Shown here one piece after another: positions 1 to 12,691 of a stretch of 64,000 nt of DNA; positions within the stretch are counted from its first letter, which is position 1, and every line of letters begins with the position of its first letter. The notes under the pieces are model-generated. The model ran no database searches and was not told where the DNA came from. It was given only the letters and a program-made list of their open reading frames with translations. Source of the DNA: Hyaloraphidium curvatum SAG 235-1 (lineage: Eukaryota > Fungi > Monoblepharomycota); assembly GCA_025558095.1 (NCBI GenBank), contig JAIVFI010000005.1, positions 873,393 through 937,392 on the forward strand. Direction: 5' to 3'. Position numbers and translations under genes: made by a program.

Positions 1-867
1 CAGCTCCACGTTGCGCGGCACTCGCGCGAGGTCAGCCGCAGGGATCGGAATCGTCCGGGGGAGGGGGGCAACACTCCTAACCACGCAGATTTTGCCGCCA
101 TGAGGCTGCATTGCTGCGGCGAGGTCCAGGAACGAGAGCGAGCAGCCCGACGGGCCTGAGTGAGCATCCAATGCGCTGTCCAGAGTGTCCCCGCCGAGGG
201 CGGCGCGGAGGCGGGCGGGGAGATTGGGCAGGCGGTAGTCCACGACGACGTCGCAGCCTGCCTCGAGGGCGACGTCTGCGCCGCTCCCGGCGACGCCAAT
301 CACCCGCAGTCCGGCGACCTTGGCTAGCTGCACCGCATACGAGCCGACGCTGGAGGAGGCGCCCCACACGACGATGGTCCTGCCCTTGGCACCCGGGTTG
401 GGGCCGCCGTGCTCGGTAGGCTCCGGGAGGCCCAGCCGGATAAAAAGGCCCAGGCACGCGGTCATGAACGCCAGCGGCACGGCGGCAGCGTCCTCAAACG
501 AAACAGAAGATGCTATCCGGAAAGCGGTGTGCGCAGGGCAGACGGAATAGAGCTGATAGGCTCCGAACCGGTCGTGGCTTGCCATTCGAGTAAACCCGGC
601 CACCCGGTCTCCCGGTTGGAAGCCCGCTCCCGACTCCCCACCGGCCGCATCACCCACGGCCTCCACGATGCCCGCAACATCGTTTCCCTCGATGTGCCCG
701 CCATCCCACGCGCCCGTCCGCGCCAGCTTGAAGTCCTTCGGATTGCTCGCCACCACGACGTTCCGCACGAGCAGCTCGCCCTTCCGGGGGGCCGGAGGGT
801 ACGGCCGCTGCGGGTTCGGGGAAAGGACGGCGCCCGACGCGTACACGCGCACGCACGGGCTGTCCAT
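1..867 (-). CDS. Medium-chain dehydrogenase/reductase, zinc-free quinone/enoyl-reductase type (ToxD/LovC-like); runs off the left edge, missed by the ORF track
   Basis: Manual translation from ATG at 867: MDSPCVRVY...ELLVRNVVVASNPKDFK...EGNDVAGIVEAVG...FQPGDRVAG...GAYQLY...SFEDAAAVPLAFMTACLGL...VVWGASSSVGSYAVQLAK...VVDYR. Frame is open to base 1. Confidence 0.85.
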   Translation of the reverse strand, partial: MDSPCVRVYASGAVLSPNPQRPYPPAPRKGELLVRNVVVASNPKDFKLARTGAWDGGHIEGNDVAGIVEAVGDAAGGESGAGFQPGDRVAGFTRMASHDRFGAYQLYSVCPAHTAFRIASSVSFEDAAAVPLAFMTACLGLFIRLGLPEPTEHGGPNPGAKGRTIVVWGASSSVGSYAVQLAKVAGLRVIGVAGSGADVALEAGCDVVVDYRLPNLPARLRAALGGDTLDSALDAHSGPSGCSLSFLDLAAAMQPHGGKICVVRSVAPLPRTIPIPAADLARVPRNVEL

Positions 868-1138
868 CGCGGGGTAGGAACAGGCGGTGTTGCTTCGCGC
901 TATCAAACAAAGGACGCATCTCTCCCATGATCTCTCTTGCTCGTCGGTTCGACCTAGTCCATCCGTTCATATTGCTCAGTCGATCACCTCCAATCGCGAT
1001 GCATTCGATCTTGCTTCGATTAGTTGCCAAACCGGAATCGGTTGACAATCGACCCTTCTTCGCCGAACATTCCTCCGAACACCGCCGCGCGGGAGACACC
1101 GCCCCACATTGCATTCCAAACACCATCGCACCTCAACG

Positions 1139-2259
1139 ATGCCCCGCCTGCACAACGCCTCCGTCTCCAAGCCGCGCGTTGCCCTCGTCACCGGCGCCTG
1201 CTCGCCCAAGGGCATCGGACGCGCGACCGCGAGGAAGCTCGCCGAGAATGGTGCCATCGTCGTCGTGACAGACCTGCCCAAGTTTGCGGAACTGGGGAAG
1301 GAGCTCGTGGCCGAGATCAAGAAGAACGGAGGCGAGGCCGGTGCGTATACTTGCCCTCCCCTTGTTGAACGGCCTCTGATTGCGATCCGTCGCAGCCTTC
1401 ATTCCGCTCGACGTGTCCAAGGAGGAAGACTGGCGCGCCGCCATCTCCCAGACGGAATCCCTCTACGGGCCGCTCGACGTACTGTTCAATAACGCAGGCA
1501 ATATGGCCGAACAGCTGTTTGCGGGGCCGTTGCACGAGCACCCCACGGACCTGTACGAGGCGACGGTGGGCGCCTGGCCCTGATGCGACGAACTACCAGC
1601 GCTCATGAATGAGCTCCAGATGGACGTCAACGCCAAGGGCGTCTACTTCGGGATCAAGCATGCTGCGGGAAGCATGGCCAAGCGTGACCCGGCGATCAAG
1701 GAGTGGGCGAGCATCATCAACACCGCGAGCGTCAATTCGTACGTGGGGAACATGGGAACCTTTGCCTGTGGGAGACCCGGCGTCGGCGGATTGGCAGGTG
1801 ACCTCATCGCGGGGCTGCACGGCAGATTGCATGTCGAAGCATGCAGTGGCAGGGGCTACCAAGTGGGCGGCCAACAATCTCACCCCGCAGAGAATCAGGG
1901 TGAACGCGTGGGTTACCCGTTCCACGCCAACATCCCCGCACTCACTTCAGCGTGGTCCTCCCCCGGGTGCACCAGCCTTTGCCCCGGTATCATCGCTACC
2001 AACCTCGCGGACGACCTCATGGCCAACTCCCCGCTCTCTTGGGAGTCCGTGGGCGATTGGGCGCCGATGAAGCGGCCCGCGACGGCGGAAGAGATGGCGG
2101 TGGGGTTTCTGTTCCCCCAGGATTACGGAAGAGCATGCTGATCGCCCGTGGCAGCCGCTCGTCGTGTTCCTCGCCTCGGACGAGAGCTCGTACTGCACCG
2201 GAGGGCTGTACCTTGCGGATGGCGGTATCATTGCTGTCGGCGGCAAAGGCGGGTTCTAG
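1139..2259 (+). CDS. Classical short-chain dehydrogenase/reductase (about 5 introns)
   Basis: VALVTGACSPKGIG Rossmann motif, NNAG, IINTAS, YCMSK (Tyr codon split by an intron), IRVNA/LCPG, FLASDESSYCTG...ADGG; stop TAG at 2257-2259. Confidence 0.9.
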
Positions 2260-2715
2260 GAGCTTTTGTATGGGCAGTGGGACCAGGGACGCCTAACGGC
2301 GGGAGTTTCAGAGTGTCGCGATGAGTTTGGCAACTGCTGTACCCAGCGACTGTCATCCGTTGCCCCAGGAAGCCCTCATGATTTCCCCTGTCCGTCCGAC
2401 ATATCCAAGCGGCCGACCATTGCATCCGCACAGAGTAGAGAAGTGTAGAGCCTCAAAGACGTCCGACGAGGTACAAGTGCCACTTCATAACTGCTGTGCA
2501 ACAAGATGTTCTCGGCCCAGACAAGATCTACTTCCCTCCTCTGCTGGCAAACACTCCATTTCTTCTCTTCCCCAGGCCCAACAAGCGGAGAGGCATGCTG
2601 TCCCATTCAAGAACAGCAAGGTGCCCATACGAGTCTTTGGCCAAGGCCTCTTTGTCCCCGTAGAGCTTCCGCCTTGCGAGCCACGTCGTCCACCCTCTAC
2701 CCAAACCCTTCCCGT

Positions 2716-3210
2716 TCAGGCTCTCTTTACCACCGTCGTTCCCAGCACGTAGTCCTCCACCGTCCTCCCCGTCCAGGCGGCCAGCCCACCATCGAGCACC
2801 GAAAGCATCGGCACCGTCGCCCTTGCGGCGCCCCTCAGGAACCGCCGCCCGAACGGGGCCGACTTGCCCGTGCCGTCGACCACACGCAGCCCGGCGAGCG
2901 ATTTCCCAAACTGCAGGAGGGACAGGACGAAGCAGGCGACCAACGTGGCCAGCAGGGCGACGTCGGCGTCCGTTTCGCCCATTCTGAGGAACCCTTCGAA
3001 GCCGTCGGCCGCCCTCTTTGCAAATGCCGTGTTGCCGAAGAATCCGGCAATGTCCTTGGATAGCTTGCCGCCGGCGGCGGGGGCGGTGGGGCGGGAGAGC
3101 AGCGCGGCGAGCAGCGCGCACAGCGGGGGGTGCAGGAGGCCGAGGAGGAACGCGTCGAGGACGTACGCGGCCAGGCGGGGGAGCGCGGGGGCAGGCGAGG
3201 GGCGGGACAT
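2716..3210 (-). CDS. RDD-family membrane protein (intronless)
   Basis: PRLAAYVLDAF...GKSLAGLRVVD...RRFLR...RTVEDYVLGTTVV matches the R-D-D signature; ATG at 3210. Confidence 0.7.
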   Translation of the reverse strand: MSRPSPAPALPRLAAYVLDAFLLGLLHPPLCALLAALLSRPTAPAAGGKLSKDIAGFFGNTAFAKRAADGFEGFLRMGETDADVALLATLVACFVLSLLQFGKSLAGLRVVDGTGKSAPFGRRFLRGAARATVPMLSVLDGGLAAWTGRTVEDYVLGTTVVKRA

Positions 3211-3382
3211 TGTTTGCAGGGTGGAAGGAGGGGGAATGCGGGAGGACGACGGTGGGGAGTTGGAGGTGTTGTTTGGCAGTTCGGCCGTCGGCAAGGCGGA
3301 GCTGCACGAGCACCCGAACTCAACATGGCAACCAGAAGTCAATTTTACGCTGATCAAGATGTGCTGACAGAGATTCATGAGA

Positions 3383-4803
3383 TTAAACAGCTCCCGCGTC
3401 CACCATCCGTCCGGCAACCCTGGAGGAGCGGAACGGGCCCGGCCCGCCACTCGGCATCCGCACCGGGACCGGCCGCGGCCCCGGCGGGCTCCTCGTGCCA
3501 CTTGCAGGCGCCGGGCCCAGGACCGCGGCAAGTAAAGCGGCCTCATGCGCCTCGAGAGCGGTCTGCAAGGTATCCCGCCGCGGCGGAACGACGCGCTGCG
3601 CTTGCCGCACTTCCGCCGTCAACGTTGCCGCCCCGTAGCCTGAAGCAATGTCCCCCCGAGACCGCGGTCGCAGGAGCGGATCCGTCTCCCAGTCCTCCTC
3701 CACCTCACCGCCGGTCTCGACGGCGCCGCTGACCTCCGCCGGCCCCGTCCCCGAGCCAGCATAAAGCACGTAGCGCTGCACCAGGAAAGCGGCGTCGAAC
3801 GCGAGCGACAGCACCCCCGTTCCCAGCTTTGCCGGGTTGCCCGCGATCCCCGCCCGCACCCAGTCCCCTCCCCCGATCGCGGCGTCGGCAAACAGCTGCA
3901 CCAGGCTGAGAACCGCACCCGCGGCGTCCAGCCACACCTGGCCCACGGCAAAGCCACGCGTTGACCGGAGGGAGGCGTTAAGGAGGAGCTGAGGGATGCT
4001 CTGGATGCACGAGACGGCGAGCTTGACGGCGGAGAAGAAGTACATAAGGTCGATCCAATCCGGGTACACCGGCGCGGGGACGGGGCCGTTGCCGCCGGAG
4101 GGTGGCTGCGAGAGGTGCTGCGTCCCGATCCAAAAGGTGAGGAGCAGCGCTGCGGACGAGGCGAGCCCGATGAACAGCTTCGTCCAGCCCTTGAGCACGA
4201 GCGGGTCGTGATCGTAGACCCAGCACTGCGCCATCGTGAAAAGAGCTGGAAGGGAGGGCTCTCAGCAAGCGCCGCCGGTACGGCAGACCGGCTTGACCCA
4301 CAGATGGCGAGCGAGTGGCAGATGTGTAGCAGGTCCGCCGTCACGACGAGGTTCTTGAGCCCCCCGTTCCGCCGCGAATACTCGTCCTGCACGCCGCGGT
4401 CGAAGAAGAAGACAAAGGTGTAGATGGCGAGGGCGACGAAGCCGAAGACGTAGAGGACGATGTAGTCGAACGAGTAGCCGCGGACCGACTTGCGGCGCCA
4501 GTTCCGCAGGGGCTGCGGGTAAAGCGAGACGGCCCTGTGCCGAGGCAGAGACGGAAGTTAGCCGGCCAAGGAGGTGTACGGGGGCAGGGGCAACGGCGAG
4601 GAGAGGGGAAGGGCGGAGCAGTCCGGGAGACAGGGAACAGGGACACGGACCCACGGAGGTCGGCGAAGGTCAGAGCCCGCCAGCGAGGGCAGTAGAGGTC
4701 CTTCTCACCATGCAAGCACGTATCCCCACCCGCAGACCTGCGAAACGAGGGCCAGGGTGCCCCCGACCGGGGCAGCGTCCGGTGTCCCTGGCAAGGGGGC
4801 CAT
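3383..4803 (-). CDS. ERS1: Cystinosin/ERS1-like PQ-loop transporter (spliced)
   Basis: GWGYVLAW / FYPQPLRNWRRKSVRGYSFD (PQ loop 1); KLAVSCIQSIPQLLLN...STRGF (PQ loop 2); GNPAKLG...FDAAFLVQRYVLY. Confidence 0.85.
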
Positions 4804-5344
4804 GGCGGTCCAACCCCGGCGGCGCCCGCTCGGACGCCGCTCGGCAACGGAAGCCGAGCGTACGAAACAACGAGCTACAGCAACGTCGCTCAGCGGAGGC
4901 CTTTTCCGCGGGGTGGGACCGCAGCGGGGCAATCGTGACGAAGGGCCCTGAAAACACATCGCCGCCCGCACCGCACCGGCCGGCCCCGGTTCTGGGCCCT
5001 CGAGGACCTGCGCGCCCGGATCGGCCCGCCTCTGCCCTATTCCCGATCCGAGACACTCAGCGGTTTCCGGTGCACTTCGCGCGGTCTGCATGCCGCGCCG
5101 AGCGGTGAGGGCGAGGCCCGCGCGACGATCGGCCGACAGGTCGGGAAGCCACACCGCGCCGCCCGCAATAGCAGCCTTGGCGCACTGGCGGCTTCCTGCG
5201 GGGCACTCTTCAGCATAGTTCCCATTGTGTGCACTCAGTATCGCCCTCATTCTGTATCGCGGTCCCCGCCACGTTCGCTCTCTTTCGTGACTCCGAATCA
5301 GCGCGTCTCGCCGTCATCCTCCCAATTTCCCCATCCAAAGCGGT

Positions 5345-6017
5345 TCACGCGAACGGCTCCGTGATGTGGGCCACGTCGTTGAGCGTCGCACACGTGTCGT
5401 CGTCGTACAGCAGCAGCGAGTTGCAGTTGGGCCCGAAAGCGATCGAGTTGCTGGGGTCGATGTCGATGCAGCTCCCGGGCGTGCTGGGGCCGGGGGCGAT
5501 GGTCGCGTTGAGCACCCACGGGTCCTGCGGGCACGCGCCCCCGCCCACGCCGTACTGGAGGTTGCCGGCCGTGCCGTGGAAGGAGATGCAGCCGAAGCTG
5601 CCAACGCCGTAGTACTTGCCCATCAGGCCGGGGCGCTCGAGGCAGTTGTCCGCGGCGGCGTCGTAGCGGCGGTACAGAGCGCGCCCGTCGCGGGCGGGGG
5701 CGATGCAGGCGAGGGGCAGGTCGGGTGTGGCATCGGGGTGGCCGAATTCGCTGTGGGCAGGAAAGACGCGGGCGGGTGAGCGGAGGAGCAGCGCGGCCGG
5801 TGCTGCAACCACGGACCAGAACGTGCCGTCGAGGCATTCGGCACAACTGCGGACGAACAGGTGCACATCGGGGCTGCCGACAGGACCACCCTGGACGGCA
5901 CTGGGATCGGAGCGGTCAGCAACCGAATCGCGGGCCCGCCGGGGAAAGAGGGGCTCACAACTCGGCCCCGCAGAGGACGCCGGCCAAAAGCAGCACGAAT
6001 GCGGTGGTGCGCGGCAT
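5345..6017 (-). CDS. Secreted Cys-rich protein, family copy A (3 exons)
   Basis: Signal peptide MPRTTAFVLLLAGVLCGA. Spliced: LFVRSCAECLDGTFC^EFGHPDATPDLPLACIAPARDGRALYRRYDAAADNC, then a unique Cys-rich tail. Confidence 0.7.
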
Positions 6018-6236
6018 GGCGATGTTGCGGAGCGGTCGTGAATGCGGATCGATGCGTGTCGAAAGATGTGATAGGGTCCGATTGTCTGCTGATGCGCCGT
6101 TGCGGGCCGAGGCCTCGGCGGGGCGGAAGCGGCACTCGGAGCGGCCCAGCCATCCCGACGGCCCGCTGTTCTGCCGCGACGGTATCGCCGCCCGCCGACC
6201 TTGGTCCCGATCGATCGCGCTGGCGAGGAAAATTCT

Positions 6237-7092
6237 TCACATCCATCTATCCACCAGCACCGACCGCCGCAAGGACGATTCGCTCAAACGCTTGAGCTCG
6301 GCCACGGCAGAGAGCCCCAGGGATCGCACGCTGCGTTGCCGTCGATCAGGAACAGGGCGCGGTGGAACAGCTCCGCCGACGCCCGCGGCACGCGTCGGCC
6401 CAGGGGCGCGGGCTCTCGGCCGCGCAGAGCTGCACACCCGGGCGTAGCCGTTCAGACGCCGCATGCGATCCAGGAACCGGAATTCGTCTTGGAGGGCGCG
6501 GATGGGGCCGTCGCGGGACAGCTCCCAGAAGGTACAGGAGGCCCGGGCCAGGTCGGGGAGGGCGCCGTCGGCGAGCCGACGCCTCACGGGCCGCGAAAGG
6601 GCGGCGAGCACCGCGGCGATCATTCCCGCAACATGCACCTGGGGACCGTACATCCGGTTGTATCGCGCGGTGGCGTCCAGCGCGGCCCGGTCCGGGGTTT
6701 CCTTTGTCCATGGGTAGCCGGCCGCCGCGTCCAGGGAACCTGCTACCGCCCGGAGCACCGTCGAGCGGGGCCCGACGAGGTCATTCAGACACGTCCGCAT
6801 CAGCGGCCAGAACGCGCGGAATATCGCGAGCGCCCCGCGGGCGGCGTCCTGTTCGGGGGCGGGCCCGTCGGCGACCGCGCCGGCCGCCGAGGTCCAGAAG
6901 GAGGCCGGCGCATCCTGGGGGCGCCTGAACGCCCGCAAGACGCCGAAAACGGCCTCCAACAAGAGCAGCAGCGGCTTCTATGCCTCGACCGCGGCGTCCT
7001 CTCCGATGTCGCATACCTGCCGAAACGCGTCCAGCGCGGTCCGCGCCTCCGCCAGCAGCTTCGACGCGCGCTCCACGACGGCGTCGATCATA
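6237..7092 (-). pseudogene. Possible degraded helical protein gene of unknown function
   Basis: ORFs 6978-7325 and 6237-6962 share a frame, separated by one TAG at 6978-6980. Protein-like composition, no family recognised. Confidence 0.3.
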
Positions 7093-7444
7093 CTCGGCGT
7101 CCAAATGTGCTCCGCTGCCGTTTCCACCCCGCTAATCGCGTCGGGACCGCGACGCGATATTGTCGGAAGGCCCCGTCTGCCCGGGAGGCAGGCCGCCCTC
7201 CACTCCGCACCCTGCGAAACCAGGCAGGGCCGCTCCAAAATCAGGATTTGAGCGTATCGTGCATTTCTCATATGGGAAACGGGCACCGCAGCGCGATTCG
7301 TGCCGTGTGCGCGCAACGTTCCCAAGTTTCACAAACGAGGCAATCATCAGTCAGTCAGCCGCTCCCCTCGGCCCCCACGGAGCGCCACCGGCGGATAACA
7401 ACGGCACGCGGCCGCGGCCGGCTTTGTACAGCTAATTGGCAGCC

Positions 7445-9124
7445 ATGGACCGCCCCCCTCCGCCGCCGAGACGGCAAGCCGCTCCGCCCCCACCCCCCGG
7501 CCGTGGGATTCCGCTCCCAGGTCTGGCCGTCGAGGCTGCTCCGCGCCCCCCGCCACCTCCCCCGAGCCGGAGGGGACCACCACCGTCCCCCCCGGCACGT
7601 GCCGCCATCGTTCCCCCCCCGTCTCCCCCCACCGGTCCTGCTCCGCCGTCCTCCTTTCTCGAGATGTTTGGTGGCAAGGCAGCTAAGCGTTTGCAAGCTC
7701 TCCAGCCGCACGCCGAATCCGAAGACGACCGCCGCCGCCGCGCCGAGAAGGAGGAGATGGCGCAGCGCCGCCTCGCGGCCGAGCAGTCGAAAGCGGAGGC
7801 CGAGGCCCGCGCCGCGCAGGCCGAGATCCGCCGGAAAGCCGAGCTGGAGCACCTCGCCGAGCTCGTGCGGCTCGAGGAAGAGAGGCAGGCGCTGGACAAG
7901 GCGGCCCGCGCCGTGGAGGAAAGGCTGCAGGCGGACGAGAGGGCGCACAAGGCCAAGGAGGAGGAGCTGCTCCGCAGGCTGGGGAGGCTGACGGCCAAGG
8001 AGGAGGTGGTGGAGCGTACGGTGCGACCTGCGTCGGAGGCGTCCAGCGGGGACGTGACGGCGGGCGAATCGGCGGGCTCGCAGTCCGGGGAGGCAGCGGC
8101 CAAGGGCACCGCCCACCCAAGCTTGCGCTCTTCGTACGAGATCGCCCCCTCTGACATCGAGCAAGGCAAGTTCCTGGGCGCCGGCGCGTTCGGCCAGGTC
8201 TACGAGGGGACCTACCAGAAGCACACCCGGGTCGCGCTGAAGATGATTGGGGCTGGCGCGAGCCCGCGGCAGCTCGAGAAGCGCAGGGCCGACTTTGAGG
8301 CGGAAATGTTGATACTGGGGGCAGCTTCCATACCACGCCAATGGTGGGTGCTGACCCATTGATGACTTCGCTCCCGCCTCCGTCAGTCCTCCCGCTCATC
8401 GGCTGGTGCAGCTCCCCCCTCTGCATGGTCACCACCTTCATGCCGCGCGGCACGGCCGTCCAGCACTTGGGCAAGCTTTCGTGGAACCCACTCACGATCG
8501 TGAAGCTCCTCTTCGAGGTAGCCTTGGGTATGAACCACCTCCACTCCCGCCCCACGCCCATCCTCCACTCGGACCTCAAGGGCGCCAACGTGCTCGTGGA
8601 CGAGAACGGGACGGCCAGGGTGGCCGATTTCGGGCTGACGAAGATCCGGCAGGGGGCCACGGCGGGGACGTTCTTCTTCGGAGGGACGCCAGCGTACATT
8701 GCCCCTGAAGGTGGGCCTCTCGGCGCGCCGGAAGAGCGGGACTGACGCTGCTGCTTCTGACTAACCAGTCCGGCGCCACACCCGCAGCCGGGCATCCGAC
8801 GTCTACTCGTTCGGCATGATGACGTGGGAGCTCTTTTCCATGGGCGAGATGCCTTTCGAAGACGACCTCCTCGAGATCCCGGCGCAGGCGGTTGCCCAGA
8901 TGGTGGGTCGCCCGCGACCTGCTCGCAGCGCAATCTCATCCGAGCCCGGCTAGTTCGGAGAAAGAATCAAGAGCGAACCCGATTACCGCCCGACGCGGCC
9001 GGACGGATGCCCCGACGGCGCGTGGGATGTCATGACGCAGTGCTGGGCGTTCGATCAGGCGGCGAGGCCGGCGTTTGGGGCCGTGGCGGACGGGCTCAAG
9101 GGCGTGCAGATGGGCACGCCGTGA
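7445..9124 (+). CDS. TKL-group protein kinase with Pro-rich and coiled-coil N-terminus (spliced)
   Basis: GAGAFGQVYEG, VALK, HSDLKGANVLV, DFGL, GTPAYIAPE, DVYSFGM, CWAFDQAARPAF; stop TGA at 9122-9124. Confidence 0.9.
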
Positions 9125-9898
9125 TGGGGAGCTGGACCGGATATTGCTTACTATCCCATCAGGCGTTTCGACTTGCTGCTCTCCCTGCATTTGCATTTAG
9201 CGGAAGGCAGTTGATAGATTCCAAGAATCCCCGAAAGTTTCACCGCCGAAACGGGCCCCATCCCCGACCACACGCCCCCCGCGGGGTGTCGGCCATCGCC
9301 TCGACGCCGCCATCGCCGCGGCGCCCTGCAGCGTGCTCACCGCTCGTAATACGTCCGCAGAGCACCGTCGCGCGTCCGGTGCGTTTGGCGGGGTCGGCGG
9401 AGTAGATATAGCCCGCGAAGAGGACTCCACACCTTGCTGAGGCCCGGCAACAGCGGTCCAGAGCTTTGTGAGTGCACAGCTTCATAGTTGCTGGTACGGT
9501 GCCAGCCCGGGCTGCTCCAAAGCGATGGATGGCATCCGGCGACGGCGGTGAGGCCGGCTGACCATCGTCCCATTCGCGGGGGAGCGACGCGACTGCCCTG
9601 GTAATTGCGTTGCCTGGCGAGTATATTGACGGGCATGACCTAACAGCTGGTCTGCTTACTTAGCAGATCGCCCGAGTTTTCGCGGAAACCGATACGGCCG
9701 CTCGCCGCCGCTTGCCAACGAGCCGGTTCCGCCCGCGGTGATCTCGGCAGCCGCGCGTCCGACCAACTCATTTGAACGCGCACGTTGCGGCCCCGGTTCC
9801 CCAGCGGCGCCGTTCCCTCCCGCGGCCGCACGGCATAGCCCCATTCAGCATCGCGCGACTTCGCGCCTTCAAGGCCTCCGCCGCGCTCCCTCTGCACG

Positions 9899-10691
9899 AT
9901 GCGCCGCGTCTTTGTCGTTGTGGTTCTATTCTTCGCGCTGGCCACCTGGGCCGCGGCGGACGACGACGCGTCGCCGCCGTCCGACCCGCTCGACGCCAAG
10001 GTGGGCATGCTGGCCGCGCCGGCGGTCCTCCGGGCCTAAACGCCCCCGTTCCGCAGTCCAAGAGGACGCACAAAGTGGCCGGGCAGGCACTCATCGCCGC
10101 CACGGACCGCACCGGCATGAGTGTGGGTCCCTCGTGGATCAACACCGACTGGGACAAGCGGCCCGGGTACGTGTGCAAGCTGAGGAAAAAGAGGCTGGCC
10201 TACGTCCGCACCTCCGACGTTTTCGACGTAGGTGGCCGTCTGCATTGGTGCCGGAGGCCGCCGCCGATCCCCGCCCGCCCGTCCCCAAGGCCATGAAGTG
10301 GAAGAGGAACCGGGGCGAAGACGACGCGACCAAGCAGCTCAAGCTGCCCAGCATGTTCGGAAGCGACCCCACCGAGTTTTCCCAGCAGCGCGTGCTGGTC
10401 GGCTACGCCCTCGGGCAGTTCCCCGTGTGGGTTTACTTCTCGTACGAAGGTGGCACCCTGGGAGTCGGCAAGGTCCGCGTGTTCGAGCACCTCTTCGTGG
10501 ACGCGGGCGACCAGACCGCGTGCCAGTACGAGGAGATCAACAACGGCGCCGGCGGGGCCGGGGTCACACAGAGGAGGAGGAGGCTGCGGTGCTTCCCGGG
10601 CTGCCTGCCCACCAAGGACAAGTGGGACCGTTTCGTGGCCGGCAGCGGGGTGCAGAAGTCCCTGGTGGAGCCCACGCTGCCCAACCTCTGA
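9899..10691 (+). CDS. Secreted protein of unknown function (about 2 introns)
   Basis: Signal peptide MRRVFVVVVLFFALATWAAA; GT..AG introns join three frames into a ~225 aa protein with several Cys/Trp. Confidence 0.55.
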
Positions 10692-11399
10692 TCGGGGCTC
10701 GGGAAGGGCGGGGAAGCGCATTGACTTGCTCGCCGGCATCGCTGTGTGTCTGCTGTGGCGGCACGGGCCGCCTAGGCTAACTATTTCCTATTTGCATGTC
10801 TCTTCGCATTTGCTGGGGACAAATGTGATCGCATAGGCGGCGGTGATGGGGCGGAGCGGGACCGGGACCGGGACCTGGTCTGGCTAGGGCTCGCACCAGA
10901 CCCCGAGGGGATTCAAAAGAGCAGCGCGAAATTGCAGTTGGAAACGGGGTTCGACCGTACCTTTAAAGTCATTGTCTCATCGTCGTTCGGGAAGCGTGCC
11001 GTTCGGAAACCGGGCTCCGCGTGTTCCCTACGGAGCGCGACTCTGTGACCGGCCATACCCTTCTGTGAACCTTCCGCTCGCGGACGCATCGAAACAAAGT
11101 CTATTCCCGGGCGACTAACCAAATCAAAGGCCTATCAGTCCGGCGTGGCACTGCTGGGAGGCGGAACCCAAGCGAGCCGGAAGGCCCGGCCAAGCCCGGG
11201 CCATCACACATGCCCTCTATATCCCCGCCTGCGGGGCACGGAGAGCGAGCAGAAGGAGTACGAGGGTTTGCAACCTTCATCCGATGCGATACAGGTGCAG
11301 ATCTATGAGTTTAATTGGTCCAGCCGCGCAAAATGAGACGCAGTCCGGATCGAACTTTCGAGAAGCAGCCGACGAAAACGCTCAGCCCTTGCTGAGCGC

Positions 11400-11796
11400 C
11401 GCTGCCCAACTTCACCTCCGCAGCCGACGGCACCCGGCGGCACGAGTCCTTCGCGGCCCTCGAGATGCCCCCCGGCGACGCATCGGGGATCTACACCGCC
11501 GAGCTGCGCGGCGCACCCGAAGGCCGCGCCGCCGCACAGGGAGGGCCGACCTCGCGACCGTCTTTGCCGCCGTCCGATCCCTCGGGAAGCTCGCGCCGCA
11601 CGTCGCGATGCGGCTGGACCTTGCGCCGGGTTTGCACTCGGTCGACCCGGCGTGGCTCGCGGTGAGGGTGGACAGGGTGGAGGCGGGGGAGCGGAGGGCG
11701 AAGTTCGCGGTGCTGGTGGAGGACGGAGAGGGGAGGGTCCTGGCTAGGGGAGAGACGCAGCACGCGCTGCTCAAAGGGGACGTGCCGAAGCTGTAA
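11400..11796 (+). pseudogene. HotDog-fold (PaaI-like) thioesterase remnant, frameshifted near 11545, ending in PTS1-like PKL
   Basis: GRAAAQGG/ADLATVFAAV resembles the HGG..LATL motif; C-terminal strands RRAKFAVLVEDGEGRVLARGETQH; no clean start found. Confidence 0.45.
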
Positions 11797-11895
11797 TCTG
11801 CAGCCCGAATGTGACCAGTTTGCGATCGGGCAACGTGTTCTTCACCACGAAGGGCACTCGGTCGCGTTTGGATGCATGCGCGTGCACGACCCGTG

Positions 11896-12691
11896 CTACA
11901 CTTTGGCGGCGGAAAGGAGCTGCTCCTCCGCGAAATCCCAGTTGGCCAGCTTCCACCAGGCGTCGATGTAGGCCGCGCGGGCGTTGCGGTAGTCGATGTA
12001 CTGGGGGCAAGGGGCAATCAGCGGCGCCCGGCATCCCGTGACCGCGCCCGACCCACGTATGCATGCTCCCACACGTCGCAGGTCAGGATGGGGTGCAGGT
12101 TGGGATCCTCGAGTGCGCTTCCGGCGTCGTGAGTCTGGACGACCCTGAGCTTGCCCGACGCGCGGTCCAGCACTAGCCAGGCCCACCCGGAACCGAAGTG
12201 GCCCGCGGCGGCGGCGGAAAACTCCTTCTTGAAGGCGTCGAAGGAGCCGAACGAGTCGTCGATCCGCGCCGTGACGGCCCCGGTGGGTAGGCCGTACGAA
12301 CCATCCTTGGGCGGGGCGAGGGACTGCCGCCGGGGAGTCAGCCGCCGCCCCGAGCTCCGTCGGTTGGAGGGATCCGGGCCCACCTTCCAGTAAAAGTCGT
12401 GGTTCCAAGTTTGCGCTGCGCTGTTGAAGACGCCCGGCGCCACCTCGGCGCGGGCCCTGACGATGTCCTCGATCGACTTGGATTCCAGCGGCGTGCCCGC
12501 GGTGAGCTCGTTCAGCTTGGCCACGTACGCTGCGGTCGCCAGCCGGCCATCGGAATGGGTCCCGTGACCGCGGGCCGCGCGGCGTACCCACCGGCGTGGT
12601 GTTTCCCGTGGTGGAATGCCAGCGTCTCCTTGGAGATGAGCGGCTCGAGCGCATCGGAGGCATACGGCAGCGGGGCCAGCGAGAACGGCAT
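11896..12691 (-). CDS. sodB: Iron-type superoxide dismutase (3 introns)
   Basis: [39 protein letters not shown] (Fe-type A-Q-x-W), [26 protein letters not shown]. Confidence 0.92.
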
